DNA of 64,000 bases from Candidatus Latescibacterota bacterium (GTDB taxonomy: Bacteria; Latescibacterota; UBA2968; GCA-2709665): contig OZ244937.1 in assembly GCA_965222075.1 (NCBI GenBank), positions 2,624,001-2,688,000 on the forward strand, written 5' to 3'. The notes under the pieces are model-generated. The model saw only the letters and a program-made list of their open reading frames with translations, did not search any database and was not told where the DNA came from. Position 1 is the stretch's first letter; each line of letters opens with the position of its first letter. This document shows, one piece after another, positions 1 to 9,822 of this stretch. The translations under genes and the position numbers were made by a program.

Positions 1-499
1 GCACGACCATCTCCTCCACCGCCTTCGGCGTATCCACATACCGCACCGGCCTCGTCGCCACCCCCATCTTCACCGCCGTAAACCCCGCCTCCACCTGCCT
101 CCGGGCGTTCTCTGCACAGGCCTCCGGCGTATCGCCCCCGGTCCCGGAGTAAACCCGCACCCGGTCCCGTACCGAGCCCCCCAGGAGCTTCCACACCGGC
201 ATTCCCAGCGCCTTGCCCATCACATCCCACATCGCCATCTCAATCCCGCTCAATGCCCCCAGGATAATCGGCATGCTCCGGCTGTACGTGGACCGGAAGA
301 ACGTCTGCCAGTGGTCCTCGATCTGAAACGGATCCTTCCCCACCAAATATTCCGCCATATCCTCTATCGCCTGCGCCACAATCCGCCAGTGCGTATAATC
401 CAGCGGCTCCCCGTATCCGACGATCCCTTCATCGGTAAACATCTTCAGCATCAGCGCCCGCTTGCTGATCGGAATTGTCTCAAATCCGGTGATTTTCAT
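1..499 (-). CDS. Mandelate racemase/enolase superfamily dehydratase (galactonate dehydratase-like); 3' end runs off the window
   Basis: Manual translation: MKITGFETIPISKRALMLKMFTDEGIVGYGEP...LSGIEMAMWDVMGKALGMPVWKLLGGSVRDRVRVY...GFTAVKM, the MR/MLE N-terminal signature. Confidence 0.85.
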   Translation of the reverse strand, partial: MKITGFETIPISKRALMLKMFTDEGIVGYGEPLDYTHWRIVAQAIEDMAEYLVGKDPFQIEDHWQTFFRSTYSRSMPIILGALSGIEMAMWDVMGKALGMPVWKLLGGSVRDRVRVYSGTGGDTPEACAENARRQVEAGFTAVKMGVATRPVRYVDTPKAVEEMVV

Positions 500-612
500 A
501 CATTTCCCCTGAATATGTACGGACCCACCGATGAACACAAATAAACACAGATCAACTGTAAAAAATCATGATCTGTGTCCACCGGTGCGCTGTACAGACT
601 TTATCTTTCCGC

Positions 613-1470
613 CTATGCTTCTGGATAGTCCTCCTGCGCCGCCGTGATAACCTCCGCAATCTTATCCGCAAATCGAATCTGGCTGTTGTCCTCCGGGTCG
701 TACGCAATTGTCCGTCGGGCGTTTGCAATGCTCCAGAAATTGTGCGTATTCCCGCTAATACCGTAAAAGATCTGGAACGACACCCCGTTTTCATCCTCGA
801 TATTCTCTGCCTCGATGCTCTTCACCACAAGCTGTACCTGATCCCGCGTGCTCAGATACGCCCCCAGCCCGCGGTGCATCCCCTTCAAATCGTTCGGGCC
901 GGCGTTGTCCACAACCGTCTCTCGAGGCGCACCAATTCGGATCTGAACATTCTCCAGCTTCTTGCCGTTGTTCATCGCTCCCGTCGCAAAAACGAATCCC
1001 AGTGCCTCGTAGGAAATCTTCCCCCACCCATAAAAATTATCCGACAGCGGAATCATATCGGGCGTCACAAATGCCATCTTCTCCGCCCAGATCAGCCGCT
1101 CGTAGTAGTCCGCCGCGTGGTTGGAACTCATCACCACAACCCGCCGGACGCCTTCCTCCACACACGTCTGATAGACGTTGTAGCACATGCAGACATTGTC
1201 CACTTCCTTCCGGAAATCGGTGTGTTCGTGGTGGACCGTCCCTTTAAAACCGCTGTGGATCACCGCATCCGCCCCCCGAAAATACGCCCGGTACGCATCC
1301 CGGTCCCGGTTGAGCAGATCCGTCACAATCACCCCTTCCACCGCTTCCCCCTCGGGAGTTGTGGTCCTGATATCCAGCAGCGTCAGATCGTACCGCTCAC
1401 GGAGCGCAGGCAGCATCCGTTCTACAATATAGCCCGCAGCGCCGGTAACCACCACTTTGCGTTTGGCCAT
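613..1470 (-). CDS. NAD-dependent epimerase/dehydratase (uronate dehydrogenase-like extended SDR)
   Basis: VTGAAGYI Rossmann motif, SSNHA, YGWGK (YxxxK). Confidence 0.8.
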   Translation of the reverse strand: MAKRKVVVTGAAGYIVERMLPALRERYDLTLLDIRTTTPEGEAVEGVIVTDLLNRDRDAYRAYFRGADAVIHSGFKGTVHHEHTDFRKEVDNVCMCYNVYQTCVEEGVRRVVVMSSNHAADYYERLIWAEKMAFVTPDMIPLSDNFYGWGKISYEALGFVFATGAMNNGKKLENVQIRIGAPRETVVDNAGPNDLKGMHRGLGAYLSTRDQVQLVVKSIEAENIEDENGVSFQIFYGISGNTHNFWSIANARRTIAYDPEDNSQIRFADKIAEVITAAQEDYPEA

Positions 1471-1506
1471 ACAAATAATCCTTTAACTTTCTTTGCCCTC
1501 TCCTCT

Positions 1507-3081
1507 TCAAGATAAAGTCTCAGCCTCGGTCAAAGACCGTTTCACACCGCGCTTTGCTTGCTCGGCTTTGAGATACGCATTGGGATCGTGATAAATTGCC
1601 CCTTCCGGCAGCCATTCCCACAGCGCACCCAGATCTCTCTTGATGATATTGATGTAGAATTGCGGAAGCTCCGTTGATTTGCCTTCAAAATAGTCCCGGA
1701 ACGGCCTGTCTTCATCCAGGCGGCGGCGCACTTCCCGATAAAATTTGAGCCGGCCAAACCCTTCGGAGGAGACGGCCCGCACAACGTTGAGCCAGCGTGG
1801 AAGTCTGGCTGCGCTGGCCTGGAAGCGATTAACAATAGCACGCCGGGAAAAAGAATAGGCAGTCACATCGATCGCGTGGTCATAAAACTCCGGCCAGGCA
1901 TAGTTCTTCGGATTCACATTCATAGCCTGGTTGTTGTTCAGAAAATGGAATGGAAAAGGGAGCACCCGCCCCTCCTGTTGATAATCCAGATTGAGGGGCG
2001 CAGCCTGACCAAATGCAGAAAGCAGCGAATAAGCGGGAAATGCAGCCGGTGTCAGATCGATGAAATTTTTGGTCAATTCAAAGGGTTCGGGCCCTTCATC
2101 ACTATCCAGGCCCAGCACAAAGTTGGTCTGGACATACGGCAGATAGTCCATAATCATATTGACATGGTCCGACACTTGTCGAAGCTTCTCCAGCCCCTGC
2201 TGGCTGCCGGTCTTGGATTTATCTCCCATCTCGTACCAGGATTCAATACCGGGCAAGATCGCTGTAAATCCATTGCGTTTGAGACGCTGCACATGGGGTT
2301 CCGACAGCAGAGATAGAGTGCTTTCGGCCGCAAAATCGATACTGTTGGCCGGTACGGCCGCCTCAATGGCCTCCATATAGTCGTTGAAGCGAACCCCGAA
2401 ATTCGGATCTTGCCAGCCCACGCGGGGTCGTTTGTACTTGGTCAAAAGGAAGCGCAGGTCCGCTTTGATGCCGTCAAAATCCAGCGGCTGATAGGGCACC
2501 GTCGAATCGATACAGAAGCTGCACGTATAGGGACAGCCCATACTGCCGATCATCGGCACATACTTAATCAGCGGTGCTTTGTTCAGCGTCTGTTCGATAA
2601 ACTTCCAGCGCTCGCGGACACCGGGGAGGGCCACAGGCTGCCGAGCCGCGGCCAGATACTGTCCAAACGGTCGATGCTGGGCACAGTCTTGTAACACATC
2701 TCGAATAATCTCTTGGTCGGTAAAGCCGAGGACATAATCAAAGTACTTCTGGGCATCCTGTGGATAACAGCGCGCATGCGGACCGCCCAGTACCGTAACA
2801 GCGCCGCTGGCACGAAAACGATTACTGAGCGCATAGGCCAGTTGAGCTGCGTGGGTGTAGGCGCCGATAAACACGATATCGACGTTTTGCGGTATGGCTT
2901 CGGTCAGATTCTCAGGACCGGTATAGCAGACAAACGTGACCTCATGTCCTTCCTGTTCGCACCAGGAAGCGATAGCCTGGGGCATAATATTGGCTAAATT
3001 GGCATACATGATGCGTGCCCATAGTGTCTGGGTGGAACCTTTACCAACCAGATCGACGATCCCAACAGCGAGCTTTCGCAT
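1507..3081 (-). CDS. B12-binding-domain radical SAM protein
   Basis: N-terminal cobalamin-binding-like domain (VLGGPHA); CPYTCSFC CxxxCxxC motif. Confidence 0.8.
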   Translation of the reverse strand: MRKLAVGIVDLVGKGSTQTLWARIMYANLANIMPQAIASWCEQEGHEVTFVCYTGPENLTEAIPQNVDIVFIGAYTHAAQLAYALSNRFRASGAVTVLGGPHARCYPQDAQKYFDYVLGFTDQEIIRDVLQDCAQHRPFGQYLAAARQPVALPGVRERWKFIEQTLNKAPLIKYVPMIGSMGCPYTCSFCIDSTVPYQPLDFDGIKADLRFLLTKYKRPRVGWQDPNFGVRFNDYMEAIEAAVPANSIDFAAESTLSLLSEPHVQRLKRNGFTAILPGIESWYEMGDKSKTGSQQGLEKLRQVSDHVNMIMDYLPYVQTNFVLGLDSDEGPEPFELTKNFIDLTPAAFPAYSLLSAFGQAAPLNLDYQQEGRVLPFPFHFLNNNQAMNVNPKNYAWPEFYDHAIDVTAYSFSRRAIVNRFQASAARLPRWLNVVRAVSSEGFGRLKFYREVRRRLDEDRPFRDYFEGKSTELPQFYINIIKRDLGALWEWLPEGAIYHDPNAYLKAEQAKRGVKRSLTEAETLS

Positions 3082-3260
3082 AAGCAGACGCCTCCGAATG
3101 AGAGGGGTAAACTACCTTTTCCCAATGAACAAAGTAGTACTCACAGTAATCTACGCCGAACAGTCCTCCTGTGCAACCCTGAAATGTATTGAAAATTAAT
3201 TCCTTCTGAGCTTCCGGTTCCATGCATCCCGCAATTCCTGCCTGAGCGCATCGGCCGGTT

Positions 3261-4142
3261 TCACCCCTTCCTCCCACGCAGCGTACGGACAAACGAGGGG
3301 CTCAGCGCCCCCCGGGCCACCTCGGCCACGGCCCCCTGCATCGTCAGGTCGAACCCCGCGCTCACATCGATGTGCAGCGTGCCCCCGGGGGCATTCACCC
3401 TCACCGGAGGCACCACAAGCCCCAGCCGCACCGCCGCGCCGGCCGCCGCGCAGGAAGAAGACCCCGAAGCCTGGGTCTCGCCCGCGCCCCGTTCCCAGAT
3501 CAGGATAAAGATCTCACGCGGTCCGGTCGGTACTGCCAGCTGCACGTTGGTCCGCCTGGGAAAAACCCTGTGATTCTCCAGTTTGGGCCCCAGCTTCAGC
3601 AGGTCTTCACGCGTCCATGCCTTCCCCCTGGGTTTGAAGATCACGCAGTGGGGATTGCCCACACTCACCCCGGTAAATCGAAACCGCTCTTTCCCAACCG
3701 CAATCGGCTGCTCGATCAACTCAGCCACCTCCAGCGAACAGGGCAGGGCCTTCGGCGCAAACGTCGCCCGCCCCATCTCTACTGTGGCCGCGCTCGCCTC
3801 CCCATGCCGGTCAATGTGCAATTCAATCTGAACCAGCCCCCCTTTGGTCTCCACCGAAAATTGCTTGCGCCTCGTCTTTCGGGCCGCGTGCAAATACCGG
3901 CCGAAAATGCGCAGTCCGTTGCCCGACTTCTCCGCCTCGCTGCCGTCTGGATTGTAAATCCGCAGCCCGAAATCGGCCGCCACCGAGGGCTCCAGCGTCA
4001 GAATCCCGTCGCTCCCCACCCCCCGGTTGCGGTCGCAGACCGCGCGGATGTTCCCCGGCGTCAACCGGAAGTCCAGTTCATCCGGATCCATCACAATATA
4101 GTCGTTGCCCAGCCCGTGGCCCTTGAAAAAGCCGTTCTTCAT
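3261..4142 (-). CDS. dapF: Diaminopimelate epimerase family protein, Ser/Ser variant
   Basis: KGHGLGNDY, GVGSDG, NPDGSEAEKSGNG, VGNPH, WERGAGETQASGSS; both catalytic Cys positions are Ser. Confidence 0.8.
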   Translation of the reverse strand: MKNGFFKGHGLGNDYIVMDPDELDFRLTPGNIRAVCDRNRGVGSDGILTLEPSVAADFGLRIYNPDGSEAEKSGNGLRIFGRYLHAARKTRRKQFSVETKGGLVQIELHIDRHGEASAATVEMGRATFAPKALPCSLEVAELIEQPIAVGKERFRFTGVSVGNPHCVIFKPRGKAWTREDLLKLGPKLENHRVFPRRTNVQLAVPTGPREIFILIWERGAGETQASGSSSCAAAGAAVRLGLVVPPVRVNAPGGTLHIDVSAGFDLTMQGAVAEVARGALSPSFVRTLRGRKG

Positions 4143-4208
4143 GGCCTCCTCCCAAAAAGGTTCGGAATAAACGGGTTAGGTCCAAATTCGATATGCTTCT
4201 CTTCGCCC

Positions 4209-5180
4209 TCATCCCTCCCACACCAGCACCACCCCCATCGTCTCGCCCAGCCGGGTGTAAAGCAGGTCAAAGGCCTCTGCTGCCTCCTCAAATGGGAATC
4301 GGTTCGTAATCATCTCCTCCGCCCGGATCTTCCCCTCCGCCAGCAGCCGGAGCGCCTGGTCCGACCCTTCCGGCCGCCGGCTCCCGTCTAAGTACCCGCC
4401 CACCAGCCGCTTGCCCTGGATCTTCCCCGAATCCAGCGGCAGGGGTTCGCCTTCGTAAAGGCCGATCACCTGGATCAGCCCCCCTCGCCTCACCATATCC
4501 TGTGCCTGCTTGAAAGCGTTTGGCCCGGCCCGTCCGCCCACCGCCTCTACCACAATATCGGCGCCCTTGCCGTCCGTCAACTTATGGACCGCCTCGACCG
4601 GGTCCTCCTTTGAGGCGTCCACCACCGCATCGGCGCCCAGCCGTCGGGCCAGGTCGCACCGCAGGGGCAGCGCATCCACCGCAATCACCCGCGGATGGGT
4701 ATCCCCTTTAACGGCCTGCATGCACCCGCTGCCCACCAGCCCCTGCCCTAAGATCACCATCGTATCTTCCGCCGCCGCGCCCGTCTCCCACATCCACAGC
4801 ACCGAACTCGTCCCCAGCGGCCAGAACGTGGCCGCCTCCGTCGAAACCCCGTCCGGAAGCTGGACGACCGGGGGACGGTGCCTCGACTGCACGACCTCAA
4901 CAGCCACGTACTCCGCATGGGGCGCCACTGCGGCCACCCGGTCCCCCAAAGAAAAATCCTCCACCTGCGCCCCGACCTCCGCCACGGTCCCGGCCAGGGA
5001 GTAGCCCATCATCTGATGGTCAATCGCCTCCGGGCGGATATACCGCCGCCAGATCTCCGACCCCCGGCTGATCAACGTCCGCTCCGCTCGGATCAGGACC
5101 TCCGTCTCCGAAATCTCGGGAACCGGGACCTCTTCGATGACAATATTGTATTCGCCCTCCGGCTTGGCCACCCGTTTCAT
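4209..5180 (-). CDS. Zinc-binding alcohol dehydrogenase/MDR family oxidoreductase
   Basis: ISRGSE, GYSLAGTVAEVG, GQGLVG nucleotide-binding motif. Confidence 0.8.
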   Translation of the reverse strand: MKRVAKPEGEYNIVIEEVPVPEISETEVLIRAERTLISRGSEIWRRYIRPEAIDHQMMGYSLAGTVAEVGAQVEDFSLGDRVAAVAPHAEYVAVEVVQSRHRPPVVQLPDGVSTEAATFWPLGTSSVLWMWETGAAAEDTMVILGQGLVGSGCMQAVKGDTHPRVIAVDALPLRCDLARRLGADAVVDASKEDPVEAVHKLTDGKGADIVVEAVGGRAGPNAFKQAQDMVRRGGLIQVIGLYEGEPLPLDSGKIQGKRLVGGYLDGSRRPEGSDQALRLLAEGKIRAEEMITNRFPFEEAAEAFDLLYTRLGETMGVVLVWEG

Positions 5181-5211
5181 AGCGTCCCCTTTCCATATCT
5201 GTCAAACGGCC

Positions 5212-5349
5212 TCATTTCTCCCACACCCGCCTGAAAAACCGCACCCAGTTCCCGTGCATGATCCCCCCCACATCCGCCTCGCTGTAACCCTGTTTCAGCA
5301 AGAGATCCGCGATCTTCTGCAAATCGGCGATCGTATCTAAGTTGGACGT
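5212..5349 (-). pseudogene. C-terminal remnant of a membrane dipeptidase (M19)
   Basis: Manual translation TSNLDTIADLQKIADLLLKQGYSEADVGGIMHGNWVRFFRRVWEK*; no start codon; resembles the M19 C-terminus. Confidence 0.65.
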
Positions 5350-5358
5350 CTCAACCTC

Positions 5359-6360
5359 TTATGATCGCTCCTTGATATAGGCATCCGGATCGATCCGTCC
5401 TTTGTCGATCAACTCTCGGAACATCTCCACCGTCTCGGCAACCCCCTCTTCCAGCGGGCGGTGCGTCACCTTCCCAATTGCCCGTTCCAGCCCGCTGCCG
5501 TCCACCTCCGGTGGAAAGGGAAGCTGAAAATCCTCGAACGTGATCCTCCCGGCCGACTCGGGAGCGGCCTTTTCGATTGCCGCTACAACCTCGTGCATAT
5601 GGGGCATCAGCCCGCCCAGGTTAAAGACCGCGGCGCCTTCAAACCGCGCCCGCGCCGACTGAATAAACGCCCGCGCCGTATCGTCCGCATACTGAAACAC
5701 CGTCCGCCCGCCGTAGGAAATGTGATAAGGCCTTCCCCCAGCAGCGGCCAGCAGCGCCGTCGTCGGAGTCGAGGTCACCCCCTGGTCCCTTCCCACCCCG
5801 TACACCACATAGGGCCTAAAACCGATCGAAGCAACCCCATCGTCCTCCCAGTAGACATGGGCCGTGCCTTCATTCGCCTGCTTGTAGACCCCGTAGTGCG
5901 TATGGGGCTTCAGGGCGGCATCGTCGGTCAGCACCGCTCCCGGTTCATAATCCTCCGGCGCTCCGAATACCGCCACCGAACTGGCGTACACCACCTTGCC
6001 GATCCGGTCGAGCCGCCGTTTGACCGCCTCAAACACGTTCACCGTGCCCACAACATTTACACGCGCCCCAAGCGGCGGATCAGCTCTGCAAAAAGGCACT
6101 TGCAGGCCCGCTAAGTGGACCACATGCGTAACCTCGTGCGCATCCAGCGCCCCTTCAAGCGCCTCCAAGTCCGTAATATCTCCCACCACAAACACCACCT
6201 GCGCCAACTCCTCCTCCGAAAGCAACAGACGCAGCCTGTGGGGTTCCGACGCCAGGTCGAACACCACCACCGGCGTCCCCTCACGCACCAGGTTGCGCAC
6301 TGTCCAGGCGCCGATACACCCCAGCGCCCCTGTTACCAGAAACCGTTCCTGTTGAGGCAT
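5359..6360 (-). CDS. NAD-dependent epimerase/dehydratase (extended SDR)
   Basis: VTGALGCIG, HLAG, ASS, YGVYK. Confidence 0.85.
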   Translation of the reverse strand: MPQQERFLVTGALGCIGAWTVRNLVREGTPVVVFDLASEPHRLRLLLSEEELAQVVFVVGDITDLEALEGALDAHEVTHVVHLAGLQVPFCRADPPLGARVNVVGTVNVFEAVKRRLDRIGKVVYASSVAVFGAPEDYEPGAVLTDDAALKPHTHYGVYKQANEGTAHVYWEDDGVASIGFRPYVVYGVGRDQGVTSTPTTALLAAAGGRPYHISYGGRTVFQYADDTARAFIQSARARFEGAAVFNLGGLMPHMHEVVAAIEKAAPESAGRITFEDFQLPFPPEVDGSGLERAIGKVTHRPLEEGVAETVEMFRELIDKGRIDPDAYIKERS

Positions 6361-6384
6361 AAACCCTATAAAAACCCATTGATG

Positions 6385-6413
6385 TTGACAGAAGCTCCGA
6401 CAGGTCGTATCAT
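6385..6413 (+). promoter_or_regulatory. sigma70-type promoter upstream of the CPBP gene
   Basis: TTGACA-17bp-TATCAT. Confidence 0.55.
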
Positions 6414-6462
6414 AAACGAAAACCCAAACATTCAGGCGTTTGATTCATTCTGGATCTGTCCC

Positions 6463-7299
6463 TTGGAAAACCATCACACCACCGCACCCATTCCCCAACC
6501 TTTCCCCAACCTCAAAGGCGCCATCCTGCTCATGCTCGGCGGCTGGGGCCTCATGTTTTTGACCGGCGCTGCGGTCAGCCCTTTCCTCGGCATAGAGGCC
6601 ATGACCGCCGCAGGCAACATCGTCGGATTGAGCCTGATGACGTGGTTCGGCGTAAGAAAAGCGAGGGCGCCTGCAGTGGACGTCCTCTCTCTTCGTCCCT
6701 TTCCGCCCCGGCTCCTGGCTCCCCTGCTCCTTCTGGCGTTCTCCGGATCAATCCTGGTCGCGGAAATTGGCAACCTGGTAGAAGAAATCTTCCCCATCCC
6801 TCAATCCCTGCGCGACCTCTTCCTCCGCATCCTGCTCGCCGGGAACTGGCCGGAATTCCTGCAGCGGGCGGCCCTCATCGTCTTCATAGCCCCGGTTACC
6901 GAAGAGCTGATGTTCCGGGGCGTGTTCCAGCATGGACTGGTGAAAAACTACGGACCCAAAAAGGGGATCGCAATCGCCTCAATCTGTTTCGGCATCTTCC
7001 ACCTCATCCCCTGGCAGGCCCTGGGAGCTGCCCTGGTAGGCATCCTGCTTGGAATCGCGGTAATCCGCACAGGCTCTATTCTTGCAGGGATGGTCCTGCA
7101 CGCCATCTGGAACCTCCTGCCGCTGCTGGCGGTTTCCGCCCTGAAAAACGCCTCCCTGCCCGGCTATGGACTCAACGTGGACAAAATCGCCCACATCCCG
7201 GTTCCTGCCATCATTCTGGCTTTGGGGATCTTTCTGGTCGCCCTCCACAACTTCTGGCGCCAAACCGCCCTCCCGCACGACGGCGTCGAATGCGGCTGA
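6463..7299 (+). CDS. CPBP (CAAX/Abi) intramembrane glutamic protease; start uncertain (TTG 6463)
   Basis: PVTEELMFRG, FGIFH, HAIWN motifs; multiple TM helices. Confidence 0.85.
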   Translation: MENHHTTAPIPQPFPNLKGAILLMLGGWGLMFLTGAAVSPFLGIEAMTAAGNIVGLSLMTWFGVRKARAPAVDVLSLRPFPPRLLAPLLLLAFSGSILVAEIGNLVEEIFPIPQSLRDLFLRILLAGNWPEFLQRAALIVFIAPVTEELMFRGVFQHGLVKNYGPKKGIAIASICFGIFHLIPWQALGAALVGILLGIAVIRTGSILAGMVLHAIWNLLPLLAVSALKNASLPGYGLNVDKIAHIPVPAIILALGIFLVALHNFWRQTALPHDGVECG

Positions 7300-7368
7300 G
7301 TCGATCGATACACAACACAGTGAAAGCGGATGACGGAGACCCAAAGGTTATTTTCCAAGCAGCAGTTT

Positions 7369-9789
7369 CTAAAACACCAGGACCGAAACCGCCTTCTGGA
7401 TCATAGCAATAGAAACCGACGCCATCCCCACCAGGGCCATGCCAACCTGAAAACCGACCATGAGCACGGCGGCGTAAAGGCGCCACTGCTGCTTGCCGTA
7501 CTTCTTCCAGAAATAGTAGCGTGCCAGGAGCGCGCCGATGATCTCGGTGATCAGATAGTGGGGGATGCTGGTAAGGCTCCGTATGTATCCGAAAACCAGA
7601 AGGATCGGCAGGCCGAAGACCGAAAGGACCACAAAGGAAATAACACCTACGATAAAGCCAACCCCGATAACATTCGGCTTGAGGGCCTCGAACAGGATCG
7701 GTTTGTCGTCCGAACTCTGGAGAAAGGCCCCGTCAAAGGAAGGAACCTGATCGACCTCGAACTGGTAGACCAGCTCCCGCCCCTGAGGGTCTCGCGCCTC
7801 TAAGATCAAGAGCTTGGGATTGGGCGTACCTGCACGAACGCCGTTCTCAGGCCCCTGGACCACCGGCGCAGAGGGCAGGCCTGCCTCAAGCGCCTCCGAG
7901 ATGTCGGGTTCTGACGGATCGATCGGCAGGGGTGGGTTCGGAGGCGGGTCGGTCCCCTCAAACCGGGTGTATAAGTACCCGACCCGGGACCAGGGGCCGT
8001 AGGTGCGTTTCCTGGAATCGTCGATATCCACATCGGCCGAGGCCCGGGCGCGCCAGTACCACCACGCTCCGTCGGGCAGGTTGCTCGGCTTGAAGGTGAC
8101 CGTCCTGGCCGACGCATCCTGTTCGACCTCGCCTCGCATGGTACTGGTGAACCACACGCACGAATTCAGCGCCCGGAGGGGCCACATCAACTGGACATAA
8201 GGGTAGGCGTCGGAGGGAATCGGCGCCAGTTTCCAGATATAGGACCAGTACAAAAAGCTGGTGATGAGCACCACCGGAATCATGAAGACCTCGGCCCTCA
8301 GGATACTCGTAAACCGCGTTCCGGTCAGCTCGATCTGCCGGAAGCGCTCGGCATGCGCCCCGTAGTTGTCCAACGGGAAGGGTACGAACCAGATCTCGAT
8401 CCCCTTGAAACCGCTCAGGAAGATCGTCGCCTCCCGGATATACGGAATATTCACGTTCTGCCCGATCAACCCGTCCAGCCGCGCGTTGACAAAGGAGATG
8501 AGCGGGGTGTAAACAAAGGCAAAAACAAAGAAGAACGCCAGCAGGATGTTGCTCACCAGCTCCGGAAAGAGGATCTTCGCCAAGACGATCGTATACATGC
8601 TGGAGATGCAGAACAGGACCACGCAGATCCAGATCCGAAAGTCCCCCCGCCCAGGCGGCGGCGTCCAACTCCCCTTTTCCTGCTTCTCAATCCGGGCGTT
8701 GCGCACCCCCGTAATGACCTGGTAAAGTCCGATCACCGTAATGGCAAAAGTGATCCCGATACCGAAACTCATCCAGAAATCGATGTTGGTCACAAAGTGG
8801 GTCTGGATCGTATCCATCCCCATAAACCAGTGGGGCATATACCCGTAACTGTGCAGTATCGGGCTGGCGATCGTATGGATCACCACCCCGATAAAGGCCC
8901 CCATCACTGCCCAGAACGGCGCCAGGAACCCGGCGAAGATCGGCGCTAAGTGGCACGTAAACCCGATCGGCGTGGCCGCCAGGAAATAGCCCGTGTACTG
9001 CGTGAAATCCACAAAGGGGATCGGGATAAGCTGAATCGGCCGTTCCATAAAAGCCCCGGTAATCGCCGGGACCGCCACGTAAATCGCACCCCAGACCACC
9101 CCCACAACCGCGCCGATGCTGAACACCCGCCACTTCCACGTATACTCCCCGCTGCTCTCCTCGGCCAAGGCCATCGCGCCCTGCGCGTTGATAGGGGCAA
9201 AGGGAAAAGGCAGGCGTTCGTAGTCGGAGGTAAGCCGGAAGAGCACGTAGCTGGCCGTGAACCACTCGATGCGCGTCATAATCATGCCCAAAACCAGCAG
9301 CGAGATCGGCCAGAACCAGTCCGCGTGGAGAAAGGTCCGTTCGATCAGCGCCGGGGAGTCGGGCGGGGGCGCCCACCAGAAGGGAATGAGGTGGGAAATG
9401 CCAAACTGCTTGGCCGCCGGAGACTGCACGAAATACTGGTGCCACAACAGCCCTTCAAAGGCCCCGGTCTCCCGTCCGATGAGGGCGCTGGTGACGTAGT
9501 AGAGCAGGTAGAGCTCCTGCTTTTTGAGCACCGTAAAGGAGCGCTTGGCCAGTTCCAGGAAGAGAATGATCGTCACCCACTGCGCCGCCGCCCCGATGGA
9601 GCCTCCAATCATCAGTTCCAAGTAGATATTCCCCGGAACCATGATCACCGAGACGAAGAGGGCGCCCAGGATCGTCTTGGTATTAAACCCGTCTTCAAAC
9701 TCCTCGGGCGCCTCCAAAAGATCCCGGTACTCTTCGATCTCCTCGAACTGGGAGGTCCTTCCCCTGCGAAAAATGTTCGCTAAAGCCAT
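7369..9789 (-). CDS. OPT-like polytopic membrane protein with an inserted soluble Ig/FnIII-like domain
   Basis: Many TM segments; ERLPFPFAP matches the OPT-like LPFP signature; about 145-aa hydrophilic insert near the C-terminus. Confidence 0.65.
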   Translation of the reverse strand: MALANIFRRGRTSQFEEIEEYRDLLEAPEEFEDGFNTKTILGALFVSVIMVPGNIYLELMIGGSIGAAAQWVTIILFLELAKRSFTVLKKQELYLLYYVTSALIGRETGAFEGLLWHQYFVQSPAAKQFGISHLIPFWWAPPPDSPALIERTFLHADWFWPISLLVLGMIMTRIEWFTASYVLFRLTSDYERLPFPFAPINAQGAMALAEESSGEYTWKWRVFSIGAVVGVVWGAIYVAVPAITGAFMERPIQLIPIPFVDFTQYTGYFLAATPIGFTCHLAPIFAGFLAPFWAVMGAFIGVVIHTIASPILHSYGYMPHWFMGMDTIQTHFVTNIDFWMSFGIGITFAITVIGLYQVITGVRNARIEKQEKGSWTPPPGRGDFRIWICVVLFCISSMYTIVLAKILFPELVSNILLAFFFVFAFVYTPLISFVNARLDGLIGQNVNIPYIREATIFLSGFKGIEIWFVPFPLDNYGAHAERFRQIELTGTRFTSILRAEVFMIPVVLITSFLYWSYIWKLAPIPSDAYPYVQLMWPLRALNSCVWFTSTMRGEVEQDASARTVTFKPSNLPDGAWWYWRARASADVDIDDSRKRTYGPWSRVGYLYTRFEGTDPPPNPPLPIDPSEPDISEALEAGLPSAPVVQGPENGVRAGTPNPKLLILEARDPQGRELVYQFEVDQVPSFDGAFLQSSDDKPILFEALKPNVIGVGFIVGVISFVVLSVFGLPILLVFGYIRSLTSIPHYLITEIIGALLARYYFWKKYGKQQWRLYAAVLMVGFQVGMALVGMASVSIAMIQKAVSVLVF

Positions 9790-9822
9790 TGGATATCTTC
9801 TGTTAAAAGGTGGATGTCAGGC

